Assembly (NCBI GenBank): GCA_965645245.1
Contig: OZ287068.1
Coordinates: 682,001 to 746,000 of the forward strand
Reading direction: 5' to 3'
DNA: 64,000 bases
DNA from: Massalongia carnosa
Taxonomy: Eukaryota
Both the position numbers and the translations under genes were made by a program. This document shows positions 49,971 to 64,000 of the stretch, one piece after another (position 1 is the stretch's first letter; each line of letters starts with the position of its first letter). Below the pieces are notes generated by a model, which searched no databases, was not told where the DNA came from, and was given only the letters and a program-made list of their open reading frames with translations.

Positions 49971-52238
49971 TCATCCACCACGTCGCTTTGTCTTGCCCGG
50001 ATAGTCAACCTCAGGATGTATCACACGCATGTGCCTTGTAAGCGCGTCGTTCCGTGAGAATGTCTTCTCCTCCGTGCATAAGTGACACCGAATCTTTTGC
50101 TTCTTATTGTTATGAATAGTGTCCTCATGGCGGGTGAGATCGTAGGAACGCGAGAAGATTGTGTTGCACGGCTTGTTGGTTGACGGGTTGATTTGGGTGC
50201 ACCGGTGTGGGCCTGCTTGATTGTTACGGTTGGTGGCCGAGGCGGCGGCACTGCTGTTGTCGCCGGATGCGTGTGCAGCCGCGTTGGATGAGAGAATCGG
50301 AGTGCCAGGTGAGGCTAATGGAGATGTTTGGCGGTGAACTTCTCGTCGGTGTCGGTGCAGCCGTGAACCCGTGTCGAATCGTTGCGAGCAGCCGGCAGTT
50401 GTGCAGGTGTAGGAACCAGTGGCGGCCATGGTTTCCAAAGGCCGTTGCAGGCCAGGCGACGAGGGCGAATGCGATGTGGTGTCAGCATCCAGAGGAAAGC
50501 TCAACGGTTCCGGTTGGCTGTTTTCGCTCTTGGTCGACTCCATGGATGATAAGTGTGCGGGGAATTCGGGATCGGAAGCACTTCGCAAGCTGCTGCTTTG
50601 CCGGCGAGAAATCGCGATGAAGGGATACTGCTGAGGCATTTGGGCGTTATTGGGCAACGAGGCAGACATGAAGTGGACGTTGGGTTCAACTTGCACAGGC
50701 GTTGTGGACGATGAGAAATTCGATGAAATCGGTCGCCTGCTGGATTGCACATTACCATGGTTTTGCTGGAAATGACTGCTGTTGTCCACATCGCTTCGAG
50801 ACAAGTGTCGGGTATTGGAGTTGATGGATGCAAATTGATTTTCGCGCTTCTGCAGGCCTTGTTGGGAAAAGAGGGGCATCTTGGCGGCCTCTTCCGCTTC
50901 GCTGTAATCCAGCACCGCGTCCTTTGGAGAAATTGTATTCGACGGCCTTATGTCACGCGATGGGTTTGCCATTTGATACTCCCGTGTAGATGCCTCTGCT
51001 CGTTGCTCTTCTCTGGCCGACGATGCGGTGTCCAATAAGCGAGTGGCGGGGGAGTTTGCAATTGAAGCCGTGTTCGAATATCCCTCGGAGGCAAACTCCG
51101 AACCTTGACGAAATGGTGAGCGCTCTCGAGACACACTCTTCGCTGGCGATGCCGATCCTGCCGACATGTGGCGCTGGTTCATTGCTTGCAATCGATGCGA
51201 AAAGACCGTGGTGTACGGTGAGAGCATGTTGCTCCGATCCTGCTGTTGGGCGACGGGCGGAGGTGGCGCCGTCAACGGATTGTACAGTTCGTCCTCGTAC
51301 ACGTTCGACATTGTGCGGTCGAGGCTTGGCACATTGCGAGCATCCGCCAAATACCGCGATCTTTGTTCCTCGAGCATATCGTAAGCAGGAGGATATGGTG
51401 ATTCTGCCGTCGATCCCTCTTCGTGCTCCAAGTGAGGTCCGCGCTGGTCTGCCAACGCTTTGCTCATTGCCACTTGTACCGCCAAGTTCTCTTCATCATC
51501 AGCAGATGGATTGTAGTTCTGGAATGCTGGTGCGAACAGGGGATCTTGGTTTGGTGCGATCGAAGCCAAAAACAACGGTTTTGAGGAGTGTGCCGCGGCC
51601 GGGTATGCACCGTCGAAAGACTCCAGGCGAGGCGAAGAGGTTGAAGAGGAATCCAAATCCACGATTCGAGGATAGGACGAAGTCTGGGTGTATGGAGAAT
51701 CAGGGCCAGTAGATCCTATCGATGAACAAGACGATAATCTCTTGTGGGTCCTTCGATATCCCCGAGCGCTGAGCTGCTGCGGTCCTCCGCGTGGATTCAG
51801 ATGCGCCGGATTCCCCGACTGATCCCACGGATTCGAGTGTTGTATGTGCTCTGCGAGCCTGGGCGAGAAGGCGGAGGGCGCAAACGACGATGGTTCAATA
51901 TCCGGTGCCGACTGCTGCACGATAATTGGAGGATTGTGGGAAGGATTCTGGGAAGGATTCGTCATGTGTTGCACGTCGTGCTCGGACGAGGGATACTGGT
52001 CTGCGGTGAGGAACCGGTTTATTTGGGGATAAGCCTCGCTAAGACCGGTGTAATCGAACGATTCCGGCCCTGTTGGCAGCAACGGAGCCGATGTATAGTC
52101 TGGAGTGGCGAAGATGGGAGATGGTGATGGCGATAGTGATGGAGGAGGGGAATAGGTAACTTGGTCGTCGAAGTCGTAGGGAATCGAATAGACGTGATTA
52201 TTGTGTTGACGCAATTGCACTGAATCAGCGAATGGCAT
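49971..52238 (-). CDS. RPN4: C2H2 zinc-finger transcription factor, Rpn4-like proteasome regulator
   Basis: C-terminal CTQINPSTNKPCNTIFSRSYDLTRHEDTIH...CHLC...KTFSRNDALTRHMRVIH resembles the Rpn4 finger pair (FSRSYDLTRH and KTFSR.DALTRH). An extra upstream finger CTTAGC...HRREVH is present. Confidence 0.85.
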   Translation of the reverse strand: MPFADSVQLRQHNNHVYSIPYDFDDQVTYSPPPSLSPSPSPIFATPDYTSAPLLPTGPESFDYTGLSEAYPQINRFLTADQYPSSEHDVQHMTNPSQNPSHNPPIIVQQSAPDIEPSSFAPSAFSPRLAEHIQHSNPWDQSGNPAHLNPRGGPQQLSARGYRRTHKRLSSCSSIGSTGPDSPYTQTSSYPRIVDLDSSSTSSPRLESFDGAYPAAAHSSKPLFLASIAPNQDPLFAPAFQNYNPSADDEENLAVQVAMSKALADQRGPHLEHEEGSTAESPYPPAYDMLEEQRSRYLADARNVPSLDRTMSNVYEDELYNPLTAPPPPVAQQQDRSNMLSPYTTVFSHRLQAMNQRHMSAGSASPAKSVSRERSPFRQGSEFASEGYSNTASIANSPATRLLDTASSAREEQRAEASTREYQMANPSRDIRPSNTISPKDAVLDYSEAEEAAKMPLFSQQGLQKRENQFASINSNTRHLSRSDVDNSSHFQQNHGNVQSSRRPISSNFSSSTTPVQVEPNVHFMSASLPNNAQMPQQYPFIAISRRQSSSLRSASDPEFPAHLSSMESTKSENSQPEPLSFPLDADTTSHSPSSPGLQRPLETMAATGSYTCTTAGCSQRFDTGSRLHRHRREVHRQTSPLASPGTPILSSNAAAHASGDNSSAAASATNRNNQAGPHRCTQINPSTNKPCNTIFSRSYDLTRHEDTIHNNKKQKIRCHLCTEEKTFSRNDALTRHMRVIHPEVDYPGKTKRRGG

Positions 52239-55200
52239 GATCGGAGCGAAGCCCAGGGAGTATTAAAGTAAGTAGGCTGGTCGGCTGGTCGGCAGGTAGG
52301 CAGGTAGATAATAAAGCCCTGCAAAAGGGAAAAGGTGGCGGATAGCTCCTTTGTAGCAATCTCGTTCTGTTGTTGTTCTCTTGTGAGTTTGTGAATGGGT
52401 TCGAAAGCGCCGGTTCACTCCGCCATGAATGATGATGATGAATGATAAATGATATATACCGAACAATGTACGATGAACAATGAGCAACGAGCAATGAATA
52501 ATGAACAATATCAATGCACAAGTAAAAAGTCGAGTTGGGGCTCAGTCGGAACGATGTAGATATTAACCGACAACTCCGTGTGAATAAATGTACGTACAGA
52601 AGACGACTGTTTCGTCGGCATGTTTATCCATTTTCTTCATCCATTCTGATGATCCCTCCAGCGCTGGAAAAACGCGAACCTAGAATGACGTTCGATACGC
52701 TCTTAGTCTGTTCAAATCGGGGAGTCATATGCGACGATCCGATTCCACCGGGGTCTATCGGCCAATCAGAGCGTATTTAGTAAGCCTTCATGCAGGATTT
52801 TCTTTCGTCGGTATTCTAGAGCATAGAAGCCAACTCAAATCGTTCTATCCCGATCGGTTGCATTTTAACATCCTATCCCTGTTCACTAAACTACCCTTGT
52901 CTAGCCCTTTTCCCCCTCACTTGTCCAAATTTAGCCCGAGGTATCCTCCCTCAACACAGAAGAAAATGGCATCTCCGCCCGAATGTCGGTAGTTCATTCG
53001 TGGACATCTCCACACTCGCTGGCATTTTGAGGCGCAGTGATTTCGCGAGTCATGAGGGGAGTTATCACTAGCCACACCCAAGATGCAGGTAGGGTATCCC
53101 TTGAAAGCTCCACCAAAAGTACCTAGGTAAGTCGAAGCAACTTAGCCTCGTGACGTGCATCTCACGTGTCTTTACAGCTAGCTCGGCGCAGGTGCGAGAG
53201 AAAAAGAGAGAGAGAGAGACGCAATCCCTACTCAGCCTTCATGGGTAGATAAGTTTGCGCATGTGAGATGCCCGTACTCGTACCAGATCAGAACACATGA
53301 CTACATGCGGTCAAAGTACGTCAAAATAGGATATTGACTAGTTACGGCAAATCACCACTCAGGGACTTGGGAGAGCCCCCATGATGAGCACGGATCACAA
53401 GATTATGAAATCCAAATCAATACAAAGGCTACGTACCATTATGCTCACCAGCACAAAGCTTTTGACTATGAGCGGTCAGAGTGACGAAACTTGCTAGCTG
53501 AATTTTCTCGGAAATGCCATAACAGGCCGGCAATGCCGGAGAATAATAAAAAGGTTCATACGCGATCATCCACGAAGAGAGCACGTCGTGGCTGTTCTGA
53601 GCGACCTGCAAAACGCATGCCAGGTTAAGTGTGGTGAGCCTGAGATACTCTGTAGTTGGGCAGGAGACGGACCGACAAGCCTAAACTGAAATAACGATGA
53701 TTAATGCTTTTTTGGTGCCCCGATTCCATGTTCCAGAAACCCTTTTGCTGAGGCTTGCAGAAGCCATGTGGCCAGCCGAAGTAGTGCAGCCGAGGCTTAC
53801 CCAATGAAGTCTGCCCAAGCGTCAGGGTCATGGCGTTTCCGGTCCCGGCCGCGGAGGATCTTCCCAGAAAAGGATACGGATGCAAAAAAAAGCAAAAACA
53901 AAACAAATATTGGTTCAAAGTACAGAAGATGAGGCATTGCAATACTACGAGTTTATTCGGCGGGTGTCTAACGCTTTCTATTGTCGAAGTTATTCCGCGG
54001 AAATGCTGCGTTACACAATGGTTTTTTTTGCTCCATTCCCTCAGCTGGGGACGGCTTCTTACCAAAAGCCGAGGATGCGAGGCCGTGGATTCAATCCTCT
54101 GTACTATGTATTAGGCAAGCGTATCACTGAACGAAGGCTGCATCAAAAAAGTCCGATTTTAGCACCGAGCAGCGGTCGGCTTCGACCCATGGATGGTAGT
54201 TGTCCAACCCTAAGCGAGGCCTAAGATTTCCAATGCTATGGTAATATGTTAGGGCTACCACGTTGCCACAAATTCAACGTTGTTTCGACAAGGCATTACC
54301 TGTCTAGTAATATCGAAAGTGATGCTGTAAGAAGTAGCGAATGCGACGGCATCGAGTTTTCTCACAAGTTAACCGATGCTGTAAGGAAAATACTTCTAAT
54401 TTTGACAATGGTTCATGGCGGTCACAAAAGGGCTGAAGTCTTGGCAACGCCCAATTGAATACTGGGATGGAGTCTTTTTTCCCTTTCCGGCTGTTTTGTT
54501 CTCCAACAATAGCGATCAGCTGCACCACATTAGCACCTTAGGCAGAATCCTACATGAGAGTGAGGTTGAAACCACGTGGTGTTTGAGGTGCTTCAACATG
54601 ACAGTGCTGACCGCTATCAAGCCTTGGGAAGTATTTATGTCGAAAGTCGAGTACCGTTACCGAAGGATGACAAGATAAGGTTGGATCTTGTATTGCCTTG
54701 TTCCTTTTGCCATGTGTTTCCCCCCACTGTCAGATCTTTAGATAAAAGGTAGGTATCTATTCTGCCCTCCCGGTCCGAAGAGCCGTAAAATTAGATCCAA
54801 CATCCACGAACGCTTACAATAGACTATTGTGAGCGGTTCCCCTTTCCCATTCCAAAGTATTCCAAATCTCTAATAGATACCTACTACCAAAGTATTGACA
54901 AAGTAGAAAGTCAGCACTCGGCATTGTAGTCGTCCAGTTATCAAACCTAACTATCTAACTACAGAGTCACCAGGCGCTCACCTACCTCCTTATCTCTACC
55001 TACTAACATACCCTCATATTGCTTCTTTGCATAAAAGGCGCGGGCTCAACTACCGAAAACAAACCCGAGGACCGAGTACAGAGTTGGCACTCGTACGGAC
55101 GTACTCAAGTCCTCCTCGCTTCTTCCCCCTTCGTCGCACTACATGTTTACAAATCCAACCCTTTTACTTTCTCTTACCTACCCTCGGTATCTTAATTACT

Positions 55201-55940
55201 TACTCCGTACAGATGATTAGAAATCGGTCTTTCTACCTATTTAGGTAGCTCGCTGTTGTTTCATTTTTCTATCTATGCTTGATTCGAGAACTAGAATTCT
55301 ACTTTATGCTGCATCTGCGCCTGCCTGCCATCCCTGTTCATTTTGCTAGGATATTGGTATAGAGGGTACGTACACATCTACTTGCATCACAATACATTGG
55401 GCTTGCTTCGTGGCACACCATGGATGCGTGGATTTTGCGAGTCATACTCATCTACAGAACAAAACGGCGATTAATGCCTAGCAGGGAATTAGATTCCGCG
55501 TTACTTCTAAACACGAATGGTGAACTTTCTTCTGGATCGTATTTGGACGAACAGGCTTCAACTTTGGTGGGCAGTCTAGATCACGTCCAAGAGGCGATTA
55601 CCGTTTGGCACAAATGCCTATTTACACGTGGTCTCCGTGACTACTTAACATCGCAGTGCTGTTGCCTATCCGCGTCTAAATTTCGAGACCTCGACAGGCA
55701 TTAATGTTTGGCTCAATAGTGGCAAGTATGGGTCGATGACGCGTAACACAAATAGATAAAATATTTGAGCAGGAATTATCTGGTATCATTCCTGGCTGAC
55801 CGCTGACTCCGCCTGTTCCCTATGATACAAAACAAGAGGACCCATAAAAACAACCCAACCCCGTCGAGTCATCAGCCGCCAGTCCGCGACATGGCGGTAG
55901 TGGCGAACCATAGAAGATGTCGTAATAATAAAGACTGAGC

Positions 55941-56437
<497 letters not shown>

Positions 56438-57226
56438 GTTGGAGGTAGTAATGTGATAAGGTTTAGAAGCTGCGATAGATGAACGAGATTTGCAAGAAGG
56501 CGATTGTGGGAATGGAATGGTCGACTTGGATGGAGTAGATGGAACAAACAGAAAATGGTCCGAGTGAAGTTATTTGAAGGCGCGAGGGAGCGCGCATCAC
56601 GGTCTGGAGTAAGCTAATCCGCATCCGACCAACCAAACCTCCTAGGTGAGTTATCGCTAGTGCGGGTACTCTGTTGAAGGTCAGGAACGCATCCAAAAAC
56701 CGCAGCTTTTCGATTTTTATGTGCAAGCGTGAAATACATGTAAAATTAGGTTGTTCACTCTTCTTTTGAGAGATGAAAAGATCGTAATGCTGCTCTTTAT
56801 GATAAATTAATTAATTGCGCTTCATTGCGTGGTAGTCGTTATCGTTAATTGACCTTGTGGGTGCGGTGCTTGAGGGAACTAACGTTAGAGCACCTAAATT
56901 ATGATTGGCTATAATCTGTGTTAAGTCTGAAATTTTTTAATGTTCACCCAATTTATTTTCGCCAAAGCAAAAGCGCGTCGAAAAGGTCGGGGTTTCCATC
57001 GCAAACAAGTGAATAATATTCACTAGCGCGTTTTCTGTAACAGTTGCCTGAATCAACGATTTCTTCGATAAACTACTTATTCCCACATTTCCCGCTACAA
57101 CCTGCTTTTCCCAATCCATCCATTTACACCAACCATCCACCACATCACTACGTTCATCCTCCACCATTCCATCTCATCACAACAATCTTCAAATCATCAT
57201 CTAAACATAACTAAAAGTCATCAGCT

Positions 57227-57871
<645 letters not shown>

Positions 57872-60667
57872 GTATTCTCTTCAGATGGAAACGGTTTTGC
57901 TGTCACAACTGCTTAAGAACAATTGACCATTGACCTTGCAACATGGTCGCAATGTTAATTCTTTAGTTGCGAGTGACGCTTAGCTAGATCCTTCATTTTG
58001 TGGTTTCCTACAGCATTATCCTACAGTATTAGGGAGAGGGAATGGTACTTTGTTTACCGGGGTTCAAGGAATGGCGCGAGATTTGTCTGTACATTAATCG
58101 GCAACCGTGGTTGCTGTACGAAGCTGACGACAGAATACGATTCTTCGTCTTTTACCATCAAGTATGCTCACTCGTTATTCCCTGTGCTAGTTTCGCCAGA
58201 ATGGAACAGATAACTTATATGACTAAGTATTGAACATGCGATTCTTAGTATAAGAGTAGATGTACCCAGGCAATGATCCCAGCTCTACTTCACAAGGAGC
58301 CAAACGTTCCAATATAATCCTTCTAGAAAGCCGCTATGCCACTCACCTGTGTACTTTCACATTTAGTTGCTCATCTTACTAAACTACCTCCATACTGAAG
58401 TATCTAGTGACTACCGAGTCTAGTTCTGGTTTAGCCCATCTATAGAGTGACCTAGCTGCTGCTACCACTACTCCAAACCCCTGGAGGAAAGAATCAATCG
58501 TTGATGGGCCGTATATATCTATACATAGGGTACGGAGATAGGTATTCAGAAGGAAGGAGGAAGGAGGGGGGTTGTGTAGATATGTAAGTGGATAGGTAGG
58601 TGTTTCAAGGAGAACGAAGATAAGGAGGAATAGGAGCGATATGGGATGTTTGTCCTGAAGCGCATACCTCCCTCCCTAGAACACATCCTGATCAGTGCAG
58701 CTCGGCAGAACCGCTCTTCTCCGCAAAGGAAAACAGGAAGAGCGGGAAAAGGGGAAAGAATGGGGGAATGCGCCTGTTCTGTTCGGCTTAGGTTAGTTGA
58801 ATTGATTGAGCTGGGGAGTGTTAGGGACATGTGTGGCGATGATGGGGAAAAGACAGGAGAGGAGAGGCGAGCTGGAAGACGGATGGCTAGGACGGCGGTA
58901 TCTTTATTGATGTTATGTATACAAAATGCTAAGTGCTGCTGGTGCTGATGCTGCCCTTTGGAGAGGGAATACCAGTACTCTTGGGGTCAAGGCTGGGCCT
59001 TGTTTGACATTGTTCATCGTCCATGCCGTGTGTCATTGTGAGAGATCTGGCGAGGATGACTAGCAAGACTTGCTTCAAAACCAGCACTGAAGGTTCAGCT
59101 AATATTGTGCGCGTCTGCGTGTCGTTGTTTTTATTATTAGGTTTCGGTTCGGCAGGCATTCGATGCATTAATGTGTTCTTTGATGACACTTTGGGTTATA
59201 TAATCTTGGGAAGCGTGCTATTGCTGGTGGGATAAGTGTATCGTGATGTATTTTTCCTACATTTGAAAAGTGGAGATATTTTATCGCGTTTGAGGGGGGA
59301 TGGTGCTGAAATAGAGGCTGGAACTCCAACCATCACGCTATCATAGTTTTTGATGCCCTTTGTCTACAGCTTGACCAACCTATTTAATTGACCGAGTGTA
59401 TTGCTCACGCCGACCTCTATAGCCGTAGGTATCTCATGTCGATTTTGGTTTCCCCTTTAGTTTTTTATTATTAATTCATTAAGCGTATGCATCCTTAGGA
59501 TATGACGCTGTGACTGCTATTTATGTACATAAACAACAGTCAGGAAGTGGAAACCTGAACCACAGGGTAAACCACTCCCTTGTTCCACATTGAACGCAAC
59601 GAAATAGTTCTTCTACCACGCGGTGCATACACTCAGATCTTCAAGCGCTAGGAATCCTGTAGACTCGATGAACTAGACAGTGTATCTCCACACGTTCGAC
59701 GAACGTTCTCTCTCTTTAACCGTTTTGACTCAATGAAGGAAAGACTGGCTGTGATCGAGGGCAGATCGTGGTGTCGTATAAATGAAGGTGTGGAAGTGTG
59801 GCAATTCCGAATGAATGGGCTTTGTATGCCTTCGAAGTGGTGAATGGTCGGTAGAGACGTTGATCATTCGAACGGCCACCAAGGTGGGCTTCCGCGTTGG
59901 CGACGATCAGATATTGGTCACCTCCGAGGAGGTGTTGATAGCCTGCACCACGTAGAGGTTTCTGACCTAGCAGGCCTTTCCCCTTTAGATAGGGGTGTCT
60001 TGGAGAAAGAAAAAAAGCCTCCATGCCGGCTCGGATACGGCTTTCAGTCTTAAGTAGAGGCAAAACTTTATCGCCGTGCTCATGTCATTAGGATCGCTGC
60101 ACTACTTTCTTTCTCATCGGTGACTCGCAGTCCACGGCCAGCAGGTTTGACTCCTGAGCGAAGAACAAAAAAGCTCGAATAATTGATACAGCTGAGCAAG
60201 AACTCGAGAGGAACAGTTTCATGATACCAGACCAGAGATAATAACGCCTACAGAAAGATCTGTTGATAGCAATACCTATGGTGGTCTGGAGTAAAGGAAA
60301 TAAGAGTACGAAGACTATCGATGACGTCACTCGTAAAGGTGAGAAATGAGACCTGGCACTGAAAATGGAAGGTAATCGAATGAAAAAGACATAACCTACT
60401 GTTTGGGACGATCTTTTAACTGATGATATCTCACTGGTGAAGTTAAAAAAACTTCCGGGTTTCTTCCCAATGTTCTTCTACGCTAAGAACGTGTTAATTG
60501 GTGGTAGGATTGGGTTTTTATCATGTGCCAATTGTGCGAAGCCGAAAAGGCACTGCCTCTTAAATGAGAGCGAATGTTATTCATCAGATATGTAAGCAAT
60601 GTCATTGCGAAGCACCACGGTCGTTAACCACCCATGAAACAACTTTTTAAAATTAGAATTCGTCAAT

Positions 60668-61509
60668 ATGGCAAGCACATGTGCGCCTAGCACATTCTGG
60701 AGAAAGTTAGCTCGGCGGCATCATTGGCTTTTGCCAATCAAAGGACGACAGAAAGCAACCTATACGGAAAGGCCGATATCCAACCCTTCAAAGGAAGGAA
60801 CGCGGACGGCCCAGTCCGAGGGCTCTTCAACTTTGCGACTTCGTTATCTGAGTTTTCCTTGCAAACTTGTTGGTGCGTTCGCACGAACGCAACAGAAAAG
60901 ACCATATGCAACGCAAGTGGGCAGTAGCATTATCATTTGGGGCTGTGGGGATTTACTGGCCCAGAATTTCGGAGGAGCAGATTACGATCCATGGAGGACG
61001 TTGCGGCATCTGACTATAGGCATAACAGTTTCAATCCCCGGCTATATATGGTGCGGAGTCTTGAATAGGGCTCGAATTGACAATAGCGCTAATGGAAAAC
61101 GCAGGTTCATATATCTTGGGCAGTCTTTTAACTATGCCTCGAAGATCAAGTCTCTGGCTGCCAAGGTCGTCGTCAACCAGGCTGTATTTGCACCTGCGTT
61201 CAGCACCTACTTCTTTGGGATGCAGTCACTGCTGTCCGGAAGTACTCTTCAGGGAACTGCTGAGCATATCAAGCACACTGTGCCCGTCAGCTTGATGAAC
61301 TCTTGCAAATTGTGGCCTGCTGTGACGGCCTTCAATTTCACCTATGTTCAGCCACAATATCGAGCCCTATTTGCTGGTACGTCGTTCAGGATCTCACTCT
61401 GGGGTTCGCTAATTTCTGGGTAGGTCTAGTGGCCATTGGATGGCAATCATATTTGTCCTGGCTAAATCAGCAAGCTGTGAATCAAGAACAAGCGCAGAAG
61501 CCTTGCTGA
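60668..61509 (+). CDS. Mpv17/PMP22 family membrane protein (Sym1-like), 3 exons
   Basis: KRPYATQ...GDLLAQ...YDPWRTLR, KVVVNQAVFAP, LWPAVTAFNFTYV, and terminal exon GLVAIGWQSYLSWLNQ. Introns at 61051-61104 and about 61377-61423. Confidence 0.88.
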
Positions 61510-61960
61510 GGAGTTCAATCTTCAAAACATATACTAACTAATATGCATTTCCCAAACACTTGGATACTCAGGGGTGCCACTCTTCGACAAACTTCTCATT
61601 TAGGAAGGTTGCTGTTGGTCCTTCCTAGCATGGACCGAACGATTTCTTCAACTATAATAGCCTGAATAATACCTTCCACGGATGTAATGATAGATAGACA
61701 ATAGACACGTAGATGGCCTAAACAGGGCTAATGTGAGTAGGGTGAGTTTTGTTGACAAATTAAACCGGGCGGGATGTTATTTTTTGTCTCATTCACCCTA
61801 AAGTGCTGGTATCACGTAGATATATCTTAGCATTTTGAAGTTCAAGCCATTCATTCTGTACAGGATCGGCCTCAGGCTCGATAGTGTCTTGAATATCATG
61901 ACGCATCACTGACGCTAGCCGTCCAGCAACAATCATGGCCTAGAACATCCAATTGCTGGT

Positions 61961-63624
61961 ATGGATATCTCTATTGCTAACGCGTTGGAAGAAAAGAGTG
62001 ACTATGGCTCCGATTTCACTCTAGATGAAGAGGAGATCTTAAACGGCATTCTGCAGCAGCCTCCGCCCAAATTGGTTTCATACCCAGACCTCCCTCTTGC
62101 TAACACTGAAGACAATGAGAATATATACACTGCGCGGATCCCTCCAGATTCTCGCTACAGGACCTTGGGCAGCAGTGCCGGCGCGTTTTGGAAGGAGAAA
62201 TGGAAAAAGGGAAAGAGCAAAATTCCAGTTGAGATCGAAAGCCACGGCAGCGTCTCTACCGCTGGTAAGTTGTGCGTTGATTGTGAACATGACGAAACTA
62301 ATTGATAATCAAGCGTCTAGTTGGTACAAGTGAAAACCGCCATGGGAAAGCTCGCGAAGGCTCCTCGGAGTCAGCTCCAGAGCCCAAGCCCGAGCCTGAG
62401 CCTGAGCCTGACGTGTCCGACTTGAGGTCTCCCCTCGAGCGCTTTCGCACCAAACCTAAGAAACCCCTTTCCGTCACCGATCTCGTATCGCCATCATGGT
62501 GCGAGCTACAGTACTGGTACAATCTCACCAAATATGGGCGGAAGAGGCGTACACCGGCTATGAAACAAGGATCGGTGGTGCACAAGAAGCTCGAGGACCA
62601 GGTTCATCAGGCGGTGGCTGTGGACATTCACAGCAAGGAGGATGCATGGGGATTGAGGATCTGGAACATCATCCAAGGCTTGCAAACGCTTCGAGAAACG
62701 GGTATGACGCGCGAGCTGGAGGTTTGGGGCATCATTGACGGCGAAATCGTCAACGGCGTCATCGACGAGCTCTCTTACATCTGCCCGGATCGCGAACTTG
62801 AAAAAGCCGCTGATCCTGCCGAGCTCGGCGAACCCCCCCTCCCAGCCAACCAAAGCTCCATCACCCAGTTTCTGAAGCAATATTCCAATAACATTTCGGA
62901 TGACAGCAGCGGTGTGCTCCGAGACGTCCGCTCGGTGCTCAAAAAGACCTCCCGCATCTATATCACCGACGTGAAAACCCGCGGCGTCAAAACTATCCCG
63001 AAAGGCGCCTCCTTCCGCCCGACCGTTATGCAACTCATGCTCTACCACCGCCTGCTCTCCGACCTCATCGCCCATAAGACAGACCCAAACATCCTCTTCG
63101 ACCGCTACAGCCTCCAGCCCACCCGCCCCTTCAGCGACGCCTTCATCGCGCAAATCGCCGCCCTGAACGAAACCTTCTACGACGGCCCCTCCCAGTCCCC
63201 CAGCACCACTTCCCCCTCACCACCCTTATCCCCGCCCCTCAAAACGCAGCACGACACTATTGACCTCCTCCTAATGCACAACTCTCTTCACCAGCTCTGG
63301 ACTCTCCTCACACACGAAATCGACCTCACTTTTCCCCACGGCGCTGCCAGCCTTGGGCCCGTCCTCAAGGCTGAGTATCGCGCTCAAACCGACGGCGCAG
63401 TCCTCGGGATGAAAACCTTCCTACACGACGACGACGTCATGGACGATTACCTTGAGGACGGCATGCGCTGGTGGAAAGGCGAACGCGAGGCCCGCGGCGT
63501 GTGTGTCGAGGAGGCGTACAAATGTGGCGTGTGCGAATTCGCCGATGGGTGCGACTGGCGGCGGGAGAAGGTTGAGGAGGCCACGAGGGCGCATCGAGCT
63601 AGGAGGAGTAGAAGCGTGGTTTGA
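61961..63624 (+). CDS. EXO5: Exonuclease V (Exo5/Dem1, RecB-like 4Fe-4S nuclease), 2 exons
   Basis: LSVTDLVSPSWCELQ, GSVVHKKLE, TRELEVWG...GVIDEL, ITDVKTR, QLMLY and C-terminal KCGVCEFADGC Fe-S cysteines. Confidence 0.92.
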
Positions 63625-64000
63625 TTGGGGTGAGAGGGGGGAAAGGGGGTTTGGGTAGGGGGAAGATGCATCTGGGGGAACATATGCATGAATGAAGGGT
63701 TTGGGAGTTTGTTCTTATATGCATCCATGTTCTTCCACATATCGGTCAATCAACTACTCGCTCAACCCTCAAAGCACCCAAATATCCGGTGTTTCTCCGA
63801 ATCCCCCATGCTCAAACACCAGTTTCCTAGTCTCTCGATTTCTTCCACATTTCCACTTCCCCTCTTCTTTTCCTCTTCGCCCCAGCACTCTATCCCCAAG
63901 CAACCAACTACATAATAAATATTTTTTAAAAATAAAAGAGCAAGCAGCAATTCAGTTACCTACAACCCCCACCCCCCCTTCCCCTCTTCCCCTAAAAGAA

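Noticed and set aside
53381..53501. Possible C/D box snoRNA (ATGATGA ... CTGA)
   Set aside because: No convincing terminal stem or internal C'/D' pair, and no guide I can match to rRNA. It would need snoscan or Infernal support.

Overview
Gene-dense, intron-rich chromosomal segment of a filamentous ascomycete (Pezizomycotina), judged from protein sequences and ~45-80 nt GT-AG introns with CTRAY-type branch sites. I can support 18 housekeeping genes: hymA/MO25(-), RPA190(+), RKR1/LTN1(-), RAD3/XPD(+), TAM41(-), BIR1(+), RAV1(-), SFI1(-), a 60-aa twin-CX9C NDUFAF8-like gene missed by the ORF track(+), ILS1(-), USO1(-), RAT1/XRN2(+), pentafunctional ARO1(+), an RPN4-like C2H2 factor(-), divergent histones H4(-)/H3(+), an Mpv17/PMP22 gene(+) and EXO5(+). 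I found no tRNA, rRNA, intact transposon or CRISPR array. The most interesting signals are non-coding and concentrated on RAT1: a candidate [D1,2] spliceosomal twin intron (stwintron) in the 5' leader that hides upstream ATGs, and an oversized 160-nt intron that folds by hand into a G-U-rich three-way junction. Other signals are a Q19A substitution in histone H3, a probable GC-AG intron in SFI1, a recurrent intergenic TACTCYGTA motif, and mirror-symmetric C-rich to G-rich skew with G-quadruplex motifs at convergent gene ends. Exon boundaries and folds were read by eye and need transcript confirmation.
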